From an uncultured Victivallales bacterium (GTDB lineage: Bacteria > Verrucomicrobiota > Lentisphaeria > Victivallales > UBA1829), in assembly GCA_944390735.1 (NCBI GenBank), contig CALXRL010000084.1, forward strand, positions 937-64,936: 64,000 nt of DNA. Direction: 5' to 3'. This document shows positions 26,153 through 38,473 of the stretch, piece after piece; positions within the stretch are counted from its first letter, which is position 1, and each line of letters starts with the position of its first letter. The position numbers and the translations under genes are program-made. A model generated the notes under the pieces. That model made no database searches. It was not told where the DNA came from and saw nothing but the letters and a program-made list of their open reading frames with translations.

Positions 26153-29100
26153 AGGGATTCCTTATTTTGATTTCGGGATCGTAGATCAGTTCCCGGTCTT
26201 TTTCGGCGTCGATTTTCGAGAAGTCTACGCCCGGTTCCGAAAGATTCGACCAGAACCCGAACCCTTTGCTTCCGGTGTAGATCTTCATGACAATCACATT
26301 GTCGCCTTTTTTGAGATCGATCCGGAGTCGGAAGATGTTCGGTTTCGGAGCACCGTGATTTTCGGTCCGTTCAAAAACGAGTTTTCCGTTGACGTAAACG
26401 CGGAAGAAATAGTCCACACCGAGACGCAGCATGGCTTTCCGGTCGGAATCGGAACGGATCGTTTTGATCGCATAACCGACGGCATCGGAACGATTGCTCT
26501 CAAAAGTCCGTCCCAGATCGTTGAATCCATCCGGATTTGCACTGACCGTTTTCCGGAAATCGAGAGTTCTTCCATCCTCGGTCCTGTAAGTGAGATTGGG
26601 ATTCATATCACCGGAAAGGGCCTGTTTTTCGCCGGGCCATTCGCGAGCCAGCGCATCGGCCGGTTTCGTTTTTCTTCCTGCGTAGAACGGCCCGAAGACA
26701 AACCAGGAATCCAGATTCTGGAATGTGGCACCCTTTTTGACCTTGGTGACGCGGGCGGCCAGTTCGTCGGAGGCTTCTGCTCCGAAAGCCGTTGCCGCAC
26801 GGTTGACAAGCTGCTTGAGCCGAAGAACACTGAGCTGAATCGACTCCTGCTTTGCGGGATCCTTGTAGCGGTTTTCCAGCATGGCGGGCGAAACCTGAAG
26901 GAAAAGTTCCCGGCCTTTGCCGTTTTTGCGGAGAAGGAAAATGCCGTCACAGCCGATTTCGCCTTTCCATTTCGAGGAGGTGATGGCATTGACCGTCAGC
27001 AGATCGCGCCACCGCAGCAGATTCCAGGGGAACAGCTTTGCAAAGATCCCCGTTTCCGGGAACGCGACACGCCGGATCTCCTTCTTTTCGCTGGTGATGC
27101 CCTTTGCGGCTAGCTGTTTGGCATCCAGTCCGACATAAACGACCGTCCCTCCCGCATTCAGGATTCTGGAAATCTGCGCTTTCTGTTTTTCATCGGAACC
27201 ATATACCACGAGCACGTCGCCGTCCGGATTCACCGCCTGTTCCGCATACCTGAGCAGATTTTTTCCGAGCGTCATTGCCGCGGGATCCTTTCCCTCCCTT
27301 CCGCTGAAGTCGAGCGTGCTGAAGAGGATCATTCCCCTGCCGTAATTCATACGCAGAAGCGGCGTGTAGTCCATGTCGAATTCCGCGGAGAGCAGCGGGA
27401 CAAATCCTGCGGAAACAGGAGTTTCAATCACACTTGAGGCAACGGTGTTCCGGTTGCTGCTTTTCGGCGCCACGGTCACATCATAGGCTCGCGCATGTTT
27501 GAATTCCGGCAGAAGATCGGGCGTGCCGTTCCAGTAACGGAGTCCCTGTTCGGGAAGACCGGTTCGGAGAGTTCCGGGATCGGAACCGAAGAAGACAACG
27601 CGGGAACCCGTATCCATGGTTCGAAAACCCATCGCCTCCCAGATTTCGGGACGCTGTTCCAGGAAAAGAACCCGGAGTCCGTTCTTGACATCCTGCGCGC
27701 TGAACGGAAGCTTCATTTCCGGTTTGACGGATTCGCGGCCCATGACAAGCACATCTCCGGAGTTCCATTTCATTCCGGGTTTGTAAACGGTCGTTTTGGA
27801 GAGAACCGACCGGATCCACGGCAGAGACTTTCCGGAAGGATCGTATACCACAACACGTTTCTGAGCCGGAATTGGCGCTGTGCGCGGATAAATTTCCAAT
27901 GCAAACGAATCCGTGACCGGTTTGTCCCGGAATCCTTTCGCACTCATTTTGAGCGTGTATTCCGACACCGATTTCACAGAAGGCGCCCGGAATTCAACAG
28001 GCAGAAATTTGATGTCTCCGGCCTTGAGCGGAAGCGTTCCCTTTCCGGAGGCAACCGTTTTCCCGGATTTGTCCTGAAGGGTCCAGGAAAGATCAAGAGT
28101 CAGATCCCCGGGGCCGTCCCAGACCGCGGCAATCTGTTTCCGGACCCTATCCCCCGCCTGGAAACTGTGGGTTTTGTCCGTGTGGACAGGCGATCCGGCA
28201 ATGTAGGTCAGAAGCGGCTGCATGTATTTGGAATGCAGATCAAACAGCTCGTTCGCCCATGCCGGCCGGCCGGAAACGGACTTTTTCATGGCGAAATAGC
28301 GGCCGAAGGGACGTTTTCTTCCTTTCAGTTCCGGCGGTTCGCCGTAGCCGACGCCGAAGTTGAAATAGTGCCATCCGGCGATGCCCCAGGTTCGCCATGC
28401 GCGGTCGGTGGCCTTGATGTAGCTGCCCTGGACCAGAAAATAGAGAGGGGCATATCGGGAGACCGCGACCATTCCTCCGCCATGTCCGGAATTTTCGAGT
28501 CCGAGATCGCGGGTCCGTTCCAGCTGTTTTCCGGTTTCCAGACGGTACGCGTCCTTGCCGAGATTGATGGCGGCGTATTCGGTCAGAAGGAACTGTTTCC
28601 CCTTGAAATAGCTGCCGTCATAAACGGCGGCGTATTCGCATGCCCACCACGGCATATTGCCGTGTTTCGCCCAGAGTTCCGGCCAGTCTTCCACCTCCTG
28701 AAGCGGGGCGAAGTTCGGATAGGTGTTCCCGCTGGCGATGTCGCCGAGGTTCCCTTCCGCATGTCCGTAGACCAGACGGGTCTTGTCAATGGACTTTACA
28801 ATTTTGAAGGATTCATTCAGCACTTTCGCCTGAATGTGCGTATAGTTCTCCCGTTTTCCAAAGGTGTCCGGATGCAGTCCGCTCCGCGGATTGAAGGAGT
28901 TCATCGAGGTGCACCACGCGATAATCGACGGATGGTTCCGATAGCGTTTGATGAACTGCGCCGTCTCCTCCTCATACTGTTTCCGGACCTTCGGATCCGA
29001 GAAGAAGCGTTCGCGGACAAAGTTGCAGCTGGGAACCGGCAGCAACACCGCGATGCCTTCCCGGTCCATGAGATCCAGCTCCTTCTGATCGTAATGAAAC

Positions 29101-30164
29101 ACTTCGTTGGGCCAGTTGCGCCACCATCCGGTGGGATTGGACTGGTAGTAAATCATGTTGCGTCCGAGCAGCTTGAACAGTCCGACGGAATATTCGGTGA
29201 TGCCGAACTGGGACCATTCCGTCCGCCAGCGGCTCTTGTGCCCGTTGAGGATCAGATCGCGGCCCTCGACCCGGATTTCCCGGAAACCGAACCGGAACTT
29301 CTGTGTGTCGAGAAGTTTTCCGGAGGCGTTTTTCAGTTTGATGTCGGCGGTGTAGAGATAGCCGCGGTCGAGTTCCCAGAGAATCGGATTTTCCCATTTT
29401 TTCCGGAGGGATATCGTCTCGATGCCCTGTTTCAAATTCAGATTTTTCTGTTCCAGAGAGAGGACCTTTCTGCCCTGCGCATCCAGAATGTCGCAGACGA
29501 CGGTGGCTCCGGAGAGCGCCTTTGCCGTGTCCAATTCCAGATGGAGTGTCAATTCCCTGTTGGTCCAGCTGGTCTCCGCCCAGGCGTCGGAGACCGCCGC
29601 CGGCACCGGAAGACGAATCAGGTTGACATGGTCGATTCCCAGTGCCCACTGCTTCACCGGCAGTTCTCCGTACAGCGCCCCGGGACCGCGTGCCGTATAG
29701 CGCAGCGGATCGGTTTCGAACGTGCGGCTGACATCGGTATAATTGCGCGTATTGAACAGCAGAAGTTCATTCCTGCCCGGCTTCACAAATTTTGTGATTT
29801 CCAGCGTTCCGTAGGGGCCGAGACGCTCTCCGACCTTTTTCCCGTTGACAAAAACGATTGCATTTCCGTTGATGCGTTCAAAATCCAGAACAAAGCGATC
29901 GTTTTTCTGCTGCTCCGGAAGAGTGAATTCCTGTCGCATCCAGATATTGTCCGCGGCGGCGATCTTCTGTTTCCACTGCTGTTTTTTGGGCAGTTTCGCC
30001 TGTTTGTATCCTCCTGCGGGAAGACTCCATTTGGTTTTTTCCGGCAGCGTTTTGCTGTCGGTTGCGGGCTGATACTGCCAGCGCTGAGGCAGTTCCGTTT
30101 TTTCCGCGGCCGGGGCGAGGGCCGCGAATGCCGCAAGAGCGGCGGTGAAAATTTGTTTTTTCAT
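26133..30164 (-). CDS. Large secreted GH2-like glycoside hydrolase (1343 aa)
   Basis: Signal peptide MKKQIFTAALAAFAALAPA. GH2 sugar-binding-like N-domain (WMRQEFTLPEQ...FVLDFERINGNAIVFVNGKKVG). TIM-barrel block RNHPSIIAWCTSMNS and nucleophile-like WWACEYAAV. C-terminal beta-sandwich modules. Confidence 0.8.
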   Translation of the reverse strand: MKKQIFTAALAAFAALAPAAEKTELPQRWQYQPATDSKTLPEKTKWSLPAGGYKQAKLPKKQQWKQKIAAADNIWMRQEFTLPEQQKNDRFVLDFERINGNAIVFVNGKKVGERLGPYGTLEITKFVKPGRNELLLFNTRNYTDVSRTFETDPLRYTARGPGALYGELPVKQWALGIDHVNLIRLPVPAAVSDAWAETSWTNRELTLHLELDTAKALSGATVVCDILDAQGRKVLSLEQKNLNLKQGIETISLRKKWENPILWELDRGYLYTADIKLKNASGKLLDTQKFRFGFREIRVEGRDLILNGHKSRWRTEWSQFGITEYSVGLFKLLGRNMIYYQSNPTGWWRNWPNEVFHYDQKELDLMDREGIAVLLPVPSCNFVRERFFSDPKVRKQYEEETAQFIKRYRNHPSIIAWCTSMNSFNPRSGLHPDTFGKRENYTHIQAKVLNESFKIVKSIDKTRLVYGHAEGNLGDIASGNTYPNFAPLQEVEDWPELWAKHGNMPWWACEYAAVYDGSYFKGKQFLLTEYAAINLGKDAYRLETGKQLERTRDLGLENSGHGGGMVAVSRYAPLYFLVQGSYIKATDRAWRTWGIAGWHYFNFGVGYGEPPELKGRKRPFGRYFAMKKSVSGRPAWANELFDLHSKYMQPLLTYIAGSPVHTDKTHSFQAGDRVRKQIAAVWDGPGDLTLDLSWTLQDKSGKTVASGKGTLPLKAGDIKFLPVEFRAPSVKSVSEYTLKMSAKGFRDKPVTDSFALEIYPRTAPIPAQKRVVVYDPSGKSLPWIRSVLSKTTVYKPGMKWNSGDVLVMGRESVKPEMKLPFSAQDVKNGLRVLFLEQRPEIWEAMGFRTMDTGSRVVFFGSDPGTLRTGLPEQGLRYWNGTPDLLPEFKHARAYDVTVAPKSSNRNTVASSVIETPVSAGFVPLLSAEFDMDYTPLLRMNYGRGMILFSTLDFSGREGKDPAAMTLGKNLLRYAEQAVNPDGDVLVVYGSDEKQKAQISRILNAGGTVVYVGLDAKQLAAKGITSEKKEIRRVAFPETGIFAKLFPWNLLRWRDLLTVNAITSSKWKGEIGCDGIFLLRKNGKGRELFLQVSPAMLENRYKDPAKQESIQLSVLRLKQLVNRAATAFGAEASDELAARVTKVKKGATFQNLDSWFVFGPFYAGRKTKPADALAREWPGEKQALSGDMNPNLTYRTEDGRTLDFRKTVSANPDGFNDLGRTFESNRSDAVGYAIKTIRSDSDRKAMLRLGVDYFFRVYVNGKLVFERTENHGAPKPNIFRLRIDLKKGDNVIVMKIYTGSKGFGFWSNLSEPGVDFSKIDAEKDRELIYDPEIKIRNPYEFYYW

Positions 30165-30221
30165 CCAGTTCTCCGTTCGTTTCTGCTATGATCCAATTGA
30201 TTTGTCTGTTCTGTTCCACGT

Positions 30222-31304
30222 TCAGGAAGGACCGGAATTCCCGGACGGAGGAGCTCCGGATGGATCGGAAGAAAAAGAGTCTTTCTGAGGGCCTTTCGAC
30301 CTTTTTTCTCCGTTCCGTCCGGTTTCCTTTTTCGGTCCTGTGGACTCCCGGATGACGAATTTTGCCGGAATGCTTCGTTCCTTCTGTTCCGGCGCTTCGC
30401 CGCGGATCCGCTGAAACAGCATTTCCAGCGCGGCGTCGACAAGCGCCTCGCGATCGTGCTCCAGTGTTGTCAGCGGGACATACTGAAGATGCAGCGAGGT
30501 CGCATCTCCGATCGAAACAATGCTGAGATCCTCCGGAATGCGCAGATTCCGGCGAATGGCGGTATAGAACAGGGCAAAGGCATTGACGGAACCGGAACAG
30601 AAAACCGCGGTCGGCCGGTTCGGACCGGAAAGAAGTGTTTCCGCCCAGCGCAGGGAACGTTCCATATAGTGATCCGTCGTTTCCAGAATGACCGGAATGT
30701 CGGGACCGCACGGAAGATGAAACTCCCGGACCGCCTGCTGCAGTCCTTTTCGCGTCTGCCGGTGAATGTAGAACTCCTGATTGCCCGTGAACAGGGCGAT
30801 GTCGCGATGACCCAGTTCCACCAGGTATCGGACGGCGTCGCGGGCCCCGCTGGCGAAATCGGAGTGCACCGAATATTCAAAGGTGTCGCCGATGTCCACA
30901 AACGGATACTCCGGATTCTCCCGGATGAAGGTTCGGACCGCATCGCACACATAGCCGGAATAGAGCACGCCGGCAGCGGTCCGGCTCTTCAGCATCAGCG
31001 GAAGCGACTGACGGTTCGATGGCGTGAGAATTTCCAGCTGATGGCGGAGATTGTGACTGGCGCAATACTCCGTGAACCTGCCGAAGGAGGCACTCTGCCC
31101 GTCCGCAATCAGAAAGCCGACGTCGATGATGTTTTTTTTCTTGAGAAGCAGAGCCGCTGAATCGGGTTCATAATTCATTTCCCGCGCAAGTTTCCGGATC
31201 CGTTCCCGCATGTCCGCACTGACGCGGCCGCGCCCGGACAATGCCGTCGAAGCCGTTGCCGATGTCACCCCCGCGGCTCGTGCGATGTCCTTCAGTCTGA
31301 CCAT
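30222..31304 (-). CDS. LacI-family transcriptional regulator with extended C-terminal tail
   Basis: Start at the internal ATG giving MVRLKDIARAAGVTSATASTALSGRG (HTH). Sugar-binding domain. The last ~35 aa are Lys/Ser/Pro/Gly-rich. Confidence 0.85.
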   Translation of the reverse strand: MVRLKDIARAAGVTSATASTALSGRGRVSADMRERIRKLAREMNYEPDSAALLLKKKNIIDVGFLIADGQSASFGRFTEYCASHNLRHQLEILTPSNRQSLPLMLKSRTAAGVLYSGYVCDAVRTFIRENPEYPFVDIGDTFEYSVHSDFASGARDAVRYLVELGHRDIALFTGNQEFYIHRQTRKGLQQAVREFHLPCGPDIPVILETTDHYMERSLRWAETLLSGPNRPTAVFCSGSVNAFALFYTAIRRNLRIPEDLSIVSIGDATSLHLQYVPLTTLEHDREALVDAALEMLFQRIRGEAPEQKERSIPAKFVIRESTGPKKETGRNGEKRSKGPQKDSFSSDPSGAPPSGNSGPS

Positions 31305-31727
31305 GAATTTTCCCTGTGGTTTATGGTTGCGTAATCGATTCAGCAACTATATTATACTCTATTTCCGGAAAAAAGTCAACAGGGGCGGAACAGAGTTTCT
31401 GAAAAAACATTCGAATTGCGGGGGAGGGAGGCTACCGCCGGGAGATGTTCCGTTTCGATGCGGAATTCTCGTCTGTGCGACGTTCCAGGGGCTGTTCCGA
31501 AACGGAGAAGATTGCCGGGAAGCCCCCGCGTTTCCGACTGGCGGAAGAAGCGCAAAAACTCTTTCCCGGTCCTGCCCATCGCGCAAAAGAGCCGGAAAGA
31601 GGATCCGTTCCGGAAAACGGAAGGAAAAATCCAGGGAAAATGGAGAGGAAGATCCGCATCTTCCGCCGGAGTTTTCCTCTCCCGGGCGACTTGTCACACG
31701 CGGTCGCGTCCGCCTCTTCCGATCCGG

Positions 31728-32204
31728 TCAGAGCTCGTTGGAAAGGTCAAAAATGGCGAGCTCTTTTCCATCCTTGTCGAGGAAGCGCAAGACGGTTCCC
31801 CTGATCTCGTAGGTCTCCACATGGGGAAGCATTTGCAGATAGGTATTTTCGCAGACCATGCCTCTGCCGGCCATTTTGGTCGCGCCGAGTCCGCTTCCGA
31901 ACTTCAGCATTTTTTTCGACGGATCCAGTACCGCCGGTCCGAAGTAGCGGTTGAGTCCCGCACAGCCGGAGACCATGCCCGATTTCTCGATCCGGAAGGT
32001 GATGTCGCGTTCCGGTTTCTCCATGGTTTTCCGGTAGCCGGAAAGGGTGTTGAGTCTCAATTTCCAGGTTGTCCCGGTGATGGCGGGTTCCCGCGCCTCC
32101 GTCGTCTGCGCACAGGTCGGGGCGGAACAGCAGCCTGAGAAGAAGACTCCCGCTCCCAGCAGGAGCGCAAAGGTCAGTGCGGAACGTGTCAGAACTTTTT
32201 TCAT
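31728..32204 (-). CDS. META-domain (HslJ-like) lipoprotein
   Basis: Start ATG 32204 with AAGGAG upstream. Lipoprotein signal LLLGAGVFFSGC. META-like TWKL...GCAGLNRYFG. Confidence 0.7.
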   Translation of the reverse strand: MKKVLTRSALTFALLLGAGVFFSGCCSAPTCAQTTEAREPAITGTTWKLRLNTLSGYRKTMEKPERDITFRIEKSGMVSGCAGLNRYFGPAVLDPSKKMLKFGSGLGATKMAGRGMVCENTYLQMLPHVETYEIRGTVLRFLDKDGKELAIFDLSNEL

Positions 32205-32362
32205 AGTTCGATCTCCTTTTTTCAAATCAAAATCGTTTTTTCACGGGAGCGGAACGCCGTCAGGCGTCGTCGCCGCGATTCCCGGCCGGTACGTTTCCGG
32301 AAAATCTCATTTCCCACTCCTTTCCGGAATCCCTCCGGAACGGAACCTTCAAGGCAAATACA

Positions 32363-33824
32363 TCAGAATGACGGGATTTGTTCCCCGGAAGCGGAGAGAT
32401 TTTTCTTCCGATAGATCTTCTGCATTCCCTCGTCGAAGAGAAGCTGATACTCTCCTTCCAGCGAAAATCGCTTCCGGATGCGCTCGAACGCCTCCTTTCC
32501 TCCGCAGACAATCAGATCCGATGGCTCCAGACGCATCACCGGTCCGAAATCGGGACGGTCATAGAGAATCCTCTCCTCGGGGAACCCTCCGGCGACCAGA
32601 AGCATGGACAGGGAGGGCGGATCCGCATCAAAATCCACGAAGACGGCGCCGTCCCCGATGAGCTTCCGAATCGCCTGCGCCGTCCAATCCGGCCGGAATT
32701 CCGCGCAGACCGGGTACGAATGAAGCAGATCATCCTTCCGCGGTTCCCCGAACATCTTCTGCGAAACATGCGGAGTCATGCTCCCCGCCAGAACAACCCA
32801 CAGCAGCGAGAACAGCATCACCGCCGAACGCAAAAAAAGATTTTTCCCGTGCGTCAGCGGCGACAGCCAGAACGCCAGAATCACCAGATAGATCCCGAAA
32901 AACGGAAAGAACACCCTCGGAAACGGCGGCACCTGCGCCACCGCGGCAAGCAGCAGCGGAAGCACCAGAATCAGCAGACAGCAAAGCAGCCGGAGCCGAA
33001 GTTCCCTGTGACTCTTCCAGAGCATCACCGCTCCCGGAATGGCAAACACCAGAACCGGAAGAAACAGAAACGCCCAGGTCCCGTAGAAATTCCAGTAGGC
33101 GCCCTCCCAGGAGAACCACCCCTCCCGAAGGCGCGAGGCCTTCAGCAGTTTTCCGAAAATCGGTGCGTAAAACAGTAGCAGCGAGACTACCGGAATCCCC
33201 GCCAGCAGAATCCACCGGAAAAGCTCCCTGCGCGAACGGAAGATACGGGGCAGGAAAAAGAGCGCCCCCGCCTCCAGGGCAAACAGATCGGTCGGCATGA
33301 CTCCCACCGCCAGATAACAGAACAGAAAATAGAGCGCGCCATAACGGTCGGCAAGCCCGCGGACTTTCCAGCGCTCCGCTGCCAGGAACGCCGCAAAACA
33401 GAAGAGCAGAGCAAACGCATATCCCCGGAGCGCTGTGGAAAACAGACTCATGGTCCCCGAAACCGCCAGAAGAAACGTGCAGCAGAGCCCGCTGAGGAGT
33501 CCGAAACGCGCCGTCAGATGACGTCCGATCAGCCAGACTGCCGTGCATCCGCCAAGCAGGGAGAGCGATCGCATCACCGGAAGCGTATCGGCCGAGAACC
33601 ATGCCGAACACTCGCTCCAGATCCACAGCATCATCGTATAAACAATGTGGTTGTTCGGAATGTTGTAGAGAAACGGAATGCGCAGAAAATCAAACCGGAG
33701 CCAGCCGATGGTGAGCACTTCGTCAAACCACGGAAGCCTCCCGAGAAACGGAACGGAGGAAAGCAGAAGAATCACTGCCGCCGCCGCGGGAATCCATTTT
33801 TTCCATTTCAGCATGGCGTCGCGG

Positions 33825-33838
<14 letters not shown>
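32363..33838 (-). CDS. GT-C fold membrane glycosyltransferase (ArnT/PMT, GT39/GT83-like)
   Basis: About 11 TM helices followed by a C-terminal soluble domain. Start uncertain: ATG 33838 overlaps the zwf stop by 14 nt; the alternative is ATG 33814. Confidence 0.6.
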
Positions 33839-35372
<1,534 letters not shown>

Positions 35373-35603
35373 ATCCCCGTTCCTCTTTCCTCTGTTTCAG
35401 AATTTTGTGTTAAGATAAGCGCATCCCGGGAAAATGTCAATGGAAACGCCGGAATTTTTTTCCTCCGGTTCTCCCGCGGAATTTTTGGCGTTTCATGAAA
35501 AATCCGCAAGAAATTGATTTTCTCAGGCGAAAAAATGTTGATTCCTGCCGTTTTGAATGTATTGTATCCCTGTGAGACAACCAGCAGAAGGAGATTGCAC
35601 ATC

Positions 35604-36956
35604 ATGAGAACGTCAGTACTTGGAATGATCCTTGCAGGCGGAGAGGGGACGCGCCTGGCCCCCCTGACCGATCAGAGAGCCAAACCGGCGGTGCCGTTCG
35701 GAGGGAAATACAGAATCATTGATTTTGTGCTGAGCAATTTTGTCAACAGCGGCATCAACAGCATTTTTGTTCTGACGCAGTTCAAATCGCAGAGTCTGAT
35801 GGAGCATATCATCAACGGATGGAACATCTCCTCCACGCAGGTCCGGGGCAGCTTCATCATTCCGGTTCCCGCGCAGATGCAGACGACCGACCGGACGTGG
35901 TACCGCGGAACCGCCGACGCCATCTATCAGAACGCCTCCCTCATTGAAGACTTCAAACCCGATCTTGTCGCCGTGTTCGGCGGGGACCATATCTACAAAA
36001 TGGACATCAGCCAGATGGTGGATTTCCACGCATGCCATCACGCCATTGCCACGGTCGCGGCGATTCCGGTGCCGATTCAGGAGGCCAGTCAGTTCGGAAT
36101 CATTCAGGTGGACAAGGACTGGCGCATCGTCGGATTTCAGGAGAAACCCAAGGATCCGACCCCTCTCCCGAACGACAAGAACATGGCGCTGGCATCCATG
36201 GGAAATTACATTTTCAACGCCAACGACATGCTCAGTCTCCTCAAAAACGACTACGACAAAAAAGGCAGTTCCCACGACTTCGGAAAGGATATCATTCCCA
36301 GCCTTGTCGATACCAAACGGCTCTATGCCTACAACTTTTACGCCAACAAGATTCCCGGACAGGCCATCAATGAAAAGCCCTACTGGCGCGACGTCGGTAC
36401 CCTCAAAGCCTTCTTCGAAGCCAACATGGACCTCCGCGCCACGCAGCCGCAGCTCGATCTCTACAACGACAAGTGGCCGATCTACAACTATCACTTCAGT
36501 CTGCCTCCCGCAAAATTCGTTCACAACGAGGATGTGGACACCAACGGACTGCCCCGCATCGGCAAGGCCATCAACTCCATTGTCTGCGACGGCTGCATCG
36601 TCTCCGGCAGCACGGTGACCAATTCGGTTCTCTTCAACTCCGTTTTCGTCCACAGCTACGCCACGGTTCACAACAGCATTCTTCTGAACGATGTCGACAT
36701 CGGCGAGCACAGCCGGATCCGCAATGCCATCATCGACAAGCACAACATCATTCCGCGCAACACCACCATCGGCTACGACCGGGAGGAGGATGCCAAGCAC
36801 TATCATGTCGTGGATCTCGACAACGGACAGTGGCTTACCGTGATTCCCAAGGCGCGTCACAGCAATCCGCTTCAGGAGCTGCCCAAGGTTCTCTTCACGC
36901 ACAACTCCTCGGGAGAGGGGGAGAACGGCGCGGAGACGCCGGAAGAGAAGCCGTGA
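35604..36956 (+). CDS. glgC: Glucose-1-phosphate adenylyltransferase
   Basis: Start ATG 35604 (AAGGAG at 35588-35593). LAGGEGTRLAPLT and FGGKYRIIDF motifs, left-handed beta-helix C-terminus. Confidence 0.9.
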   Translation: MRTSVLGMILAGGEGTRLAPLTDQRAKPAVPFGGKYRIIDFVLSNFVNSGINSIFVLTQFKSQSLMEHIINGWNISSTQVRGSFIIPVPAQMQTTDRTWYRGTADAIYQNASLIEDFKPDLVAVFGGDHIYKMDISQMVDFHACHHAIATVAAIPVPIQEASQFGIIQVDKDWRIVGFQEKPKDPTPLPNDKNMALASMGNYIFNANDMLSLLKNDYDKKGSSHDFGKDIIPSLVDTKRLYAYNFYANKIPGQAINEKPYWRDVGTLKAFFEANMDLRATQPQLDLYNDKWPIYNYHFSLPPAKFVHNEDVDTNGLPRIGKAINSIVCDGCIVSGSTVTNSVLFNSVFVHSYATVHNSILLNDVDIGEHSRIRNAIIDKHNIIPRNTTIGYDREEDAKHYHVVDLDNGQWLTVIPKARHSNPLQELPKVLFTHNSSGEGENGAETPEEKP

Positions 36957-37047
36957 CGGACTTCCTTCCCCTTTGCGCGGAGACATCCCGGTCCTTTCCC
37001 CCGGACGGCGGACGGCTCTCCGCGAAACGGCGGAAAAGGTGCGGAAT

Positions 37048-37710
37048 ATGACCGATCCCCTGTTTCAGAAAGTGTATGACACGGTTCGTTCCATCCTGGA
37101 GAATGTTCCGGGATGTCATGATTTCGACCATACGCTGCGGGTTCTCGGCAATGCCAGGAACATTGCCGGGAAGGAACTGGCCGCGGAGGATCGGCGATCG
37201 TATCTGGCGGTGGAGCTGGGCACGCTGCTTCACGATGTGGCGCGTCCGGAGGAGCTGGCCTCCGGCGGAACGATCTGTCACGCGGAGGCGGGTGCACCGA
37301 AGGCGGCCGCCATCCTGCGGCAGTGCGGATGCACCGACGAACCGCTGATCCGAATCGTTTCCGAAAGCGTTCTGCGCCATCGGTTCCGCGGGAAAAACGC
37401 TCCGGTTTCCCGGATCGACAAGATCGTGTACGACGCCGACAAACTGGATTCGATCGGAGCGGTCGGCATCGGGCGGTCCTTTCATTTTGCCGGACGGATC
37501 GGGGCGCGTCTTCACAACACGGAGCAGGAGGCGCTTGCCGGGAAGGAGTATGGAAGGGAGGACTCCGCATACCGGGAGTATCTTGTCAAACTTCGTCATG
37601 TTTCCGGCCGCATGCTGACGGAAACCGGACGGGTCCTGGCCGTCGAACGAGCGGATTTCATGCACGAGTTCTTCCGTCGGATGAACCGGGAATCCGGCAT
37701 GGAATCCTGA
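37048..37710 (+). CDS. HD-domain phosphohydrolase
   Basis: HDFDHTLRV, LLHDVAR, DADKLD metal-binding pattern. Start at ATG 37048. Confidence 0.75.
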   Translation: MTDPLFQKVYDTVRSILENVPGCHDFDHTLRVLGNARNIAGKELAAEDRRSYLAVELGTLLHDVARPEELASGGTICHAEAGAPKAAAILRQCGCTDEPLIRIVSESVLRHRFRGKNAPVSRIDKIVYDADKLDSIGAVGIGRSFHFAGRIGARLHNTEQEALAGKEYGREDSAYREYLVKLRHVSGRMLTETGRVLAVERADFMHEFFRRMNRESGMES

Positions 37711-37811
37711 ATTTTCCGCTTTTCCGCGTTCCGGATCGGCGGACCCCGCGTTTCCTCCGCCGGATCGGACACGGACCGGACAACACAGATCAGAACAAAA
37801 GGATCAAATTC

Positions 37812-38432
37812 ATGTTTTTTGCAGTCGATCATCCCTGCATCAAAGCCAAAATGACGGTGCTGCGGGATAAAAACACCAGCCCGAAGGAGTTTCGGGAACG
37901 AGCGGAGGAGATCACCTGTTTCCTTGCGTATGAGGCGCTGAAGAATCTGCATCTGAGCGAAGTTCCGGTGGAGACGCCTCTGGAAAGAACCATGGGAGCC
38001 GTGGAGGAAAACGATCTTGTGGTGGTTCCCGTGCTGCGCGCTGGCATCGGAATGCTGGGAGGAATTCAGAGTCTCATTCCGACGGTGAAGGTCGGATTTA
38101 TCGGTCTTCAGCGCGATCACAGCACCAAACATCCGGTCAAATATTATCTGAATCTTCCGAGACCGTCGGAGGATGCGTTTGCGATCGTCATTGATCCCAT
38201 GCTGGCGACCGGCGGATCGCTTTCCGCGGCGGTTTCCGCGGTCAAGGAGTGCGGATACCGGCATATTGTCGTCTTGACCATCGTTTCCGCGCCGGAGGGG
38301 GTGGCGGTCATGGAGCGGGATCATCCCGATGTCAAAATCTACTCCGCCGCGCTGGACCGGGAGCTCAATGCGGACAAATACATCCTGCCGGGACTCGGCG
38401 ATGCGGGAGACCGTCTGTTCGGAACGCTTTGA
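37812..38432 (+). CDS. upp: Uracil phosphoribosyltransferase
   Basis: Start ATG 37812 (MFFAVDHPCIKAKMTVLRDK). PRPP motif VIDPMLATGGS. C-terminal YILPGLGDAGDRLFGT. Confidence 0.9.
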   Translation: MFFAVDHPCIKAKMTVLRDKNTSPKEFRERAEEITCFLAYEALKNLHLSEVPVETPLERTMGAVEENDLVVVPVLRAGIGMLGGIQSLIPTVKVGFIGLQRDHSTKHPVKYYLNLPRPSEDAFAIVIDPMLATGGSLSAAVSAVKECGYRHIVVLTIVSAPEGVAVMERDHPDVKIYSAALDRELNADKYILPGLGDAGDRLFGTL

Positions 38433-38473
38433 AAAGAGAGATGCGTCTTTTCTGTCCCGTGTATTCTGCCGGG

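Noticed and set aside
31347-31727. 380-bp intergenic region screened for tRNA, SRP RNA, RNase P, 6S or tmRNA signatures. Also screened: 44024-44325, 35373-35603 and 49633-49869.
   Set aside because: No T-loop GGTTCGAATCC-type motif, no RNase P GAGGAAAGUCC and no SRP domain IV motif was seen. Only local hairpins (e.g. GGAAGAU/AUCUUCC at about 31651-31669) are present, without a clear assignment.
38431-38452. Possible bidirectional terminator between convergent upp and the GT4 gene (GAAAAGA-N8-UCUUUUC).
   Set aside because: The 7-bp stem is almost entirely A-U and has no adjoining U-run on either strand. This is too weak to call.
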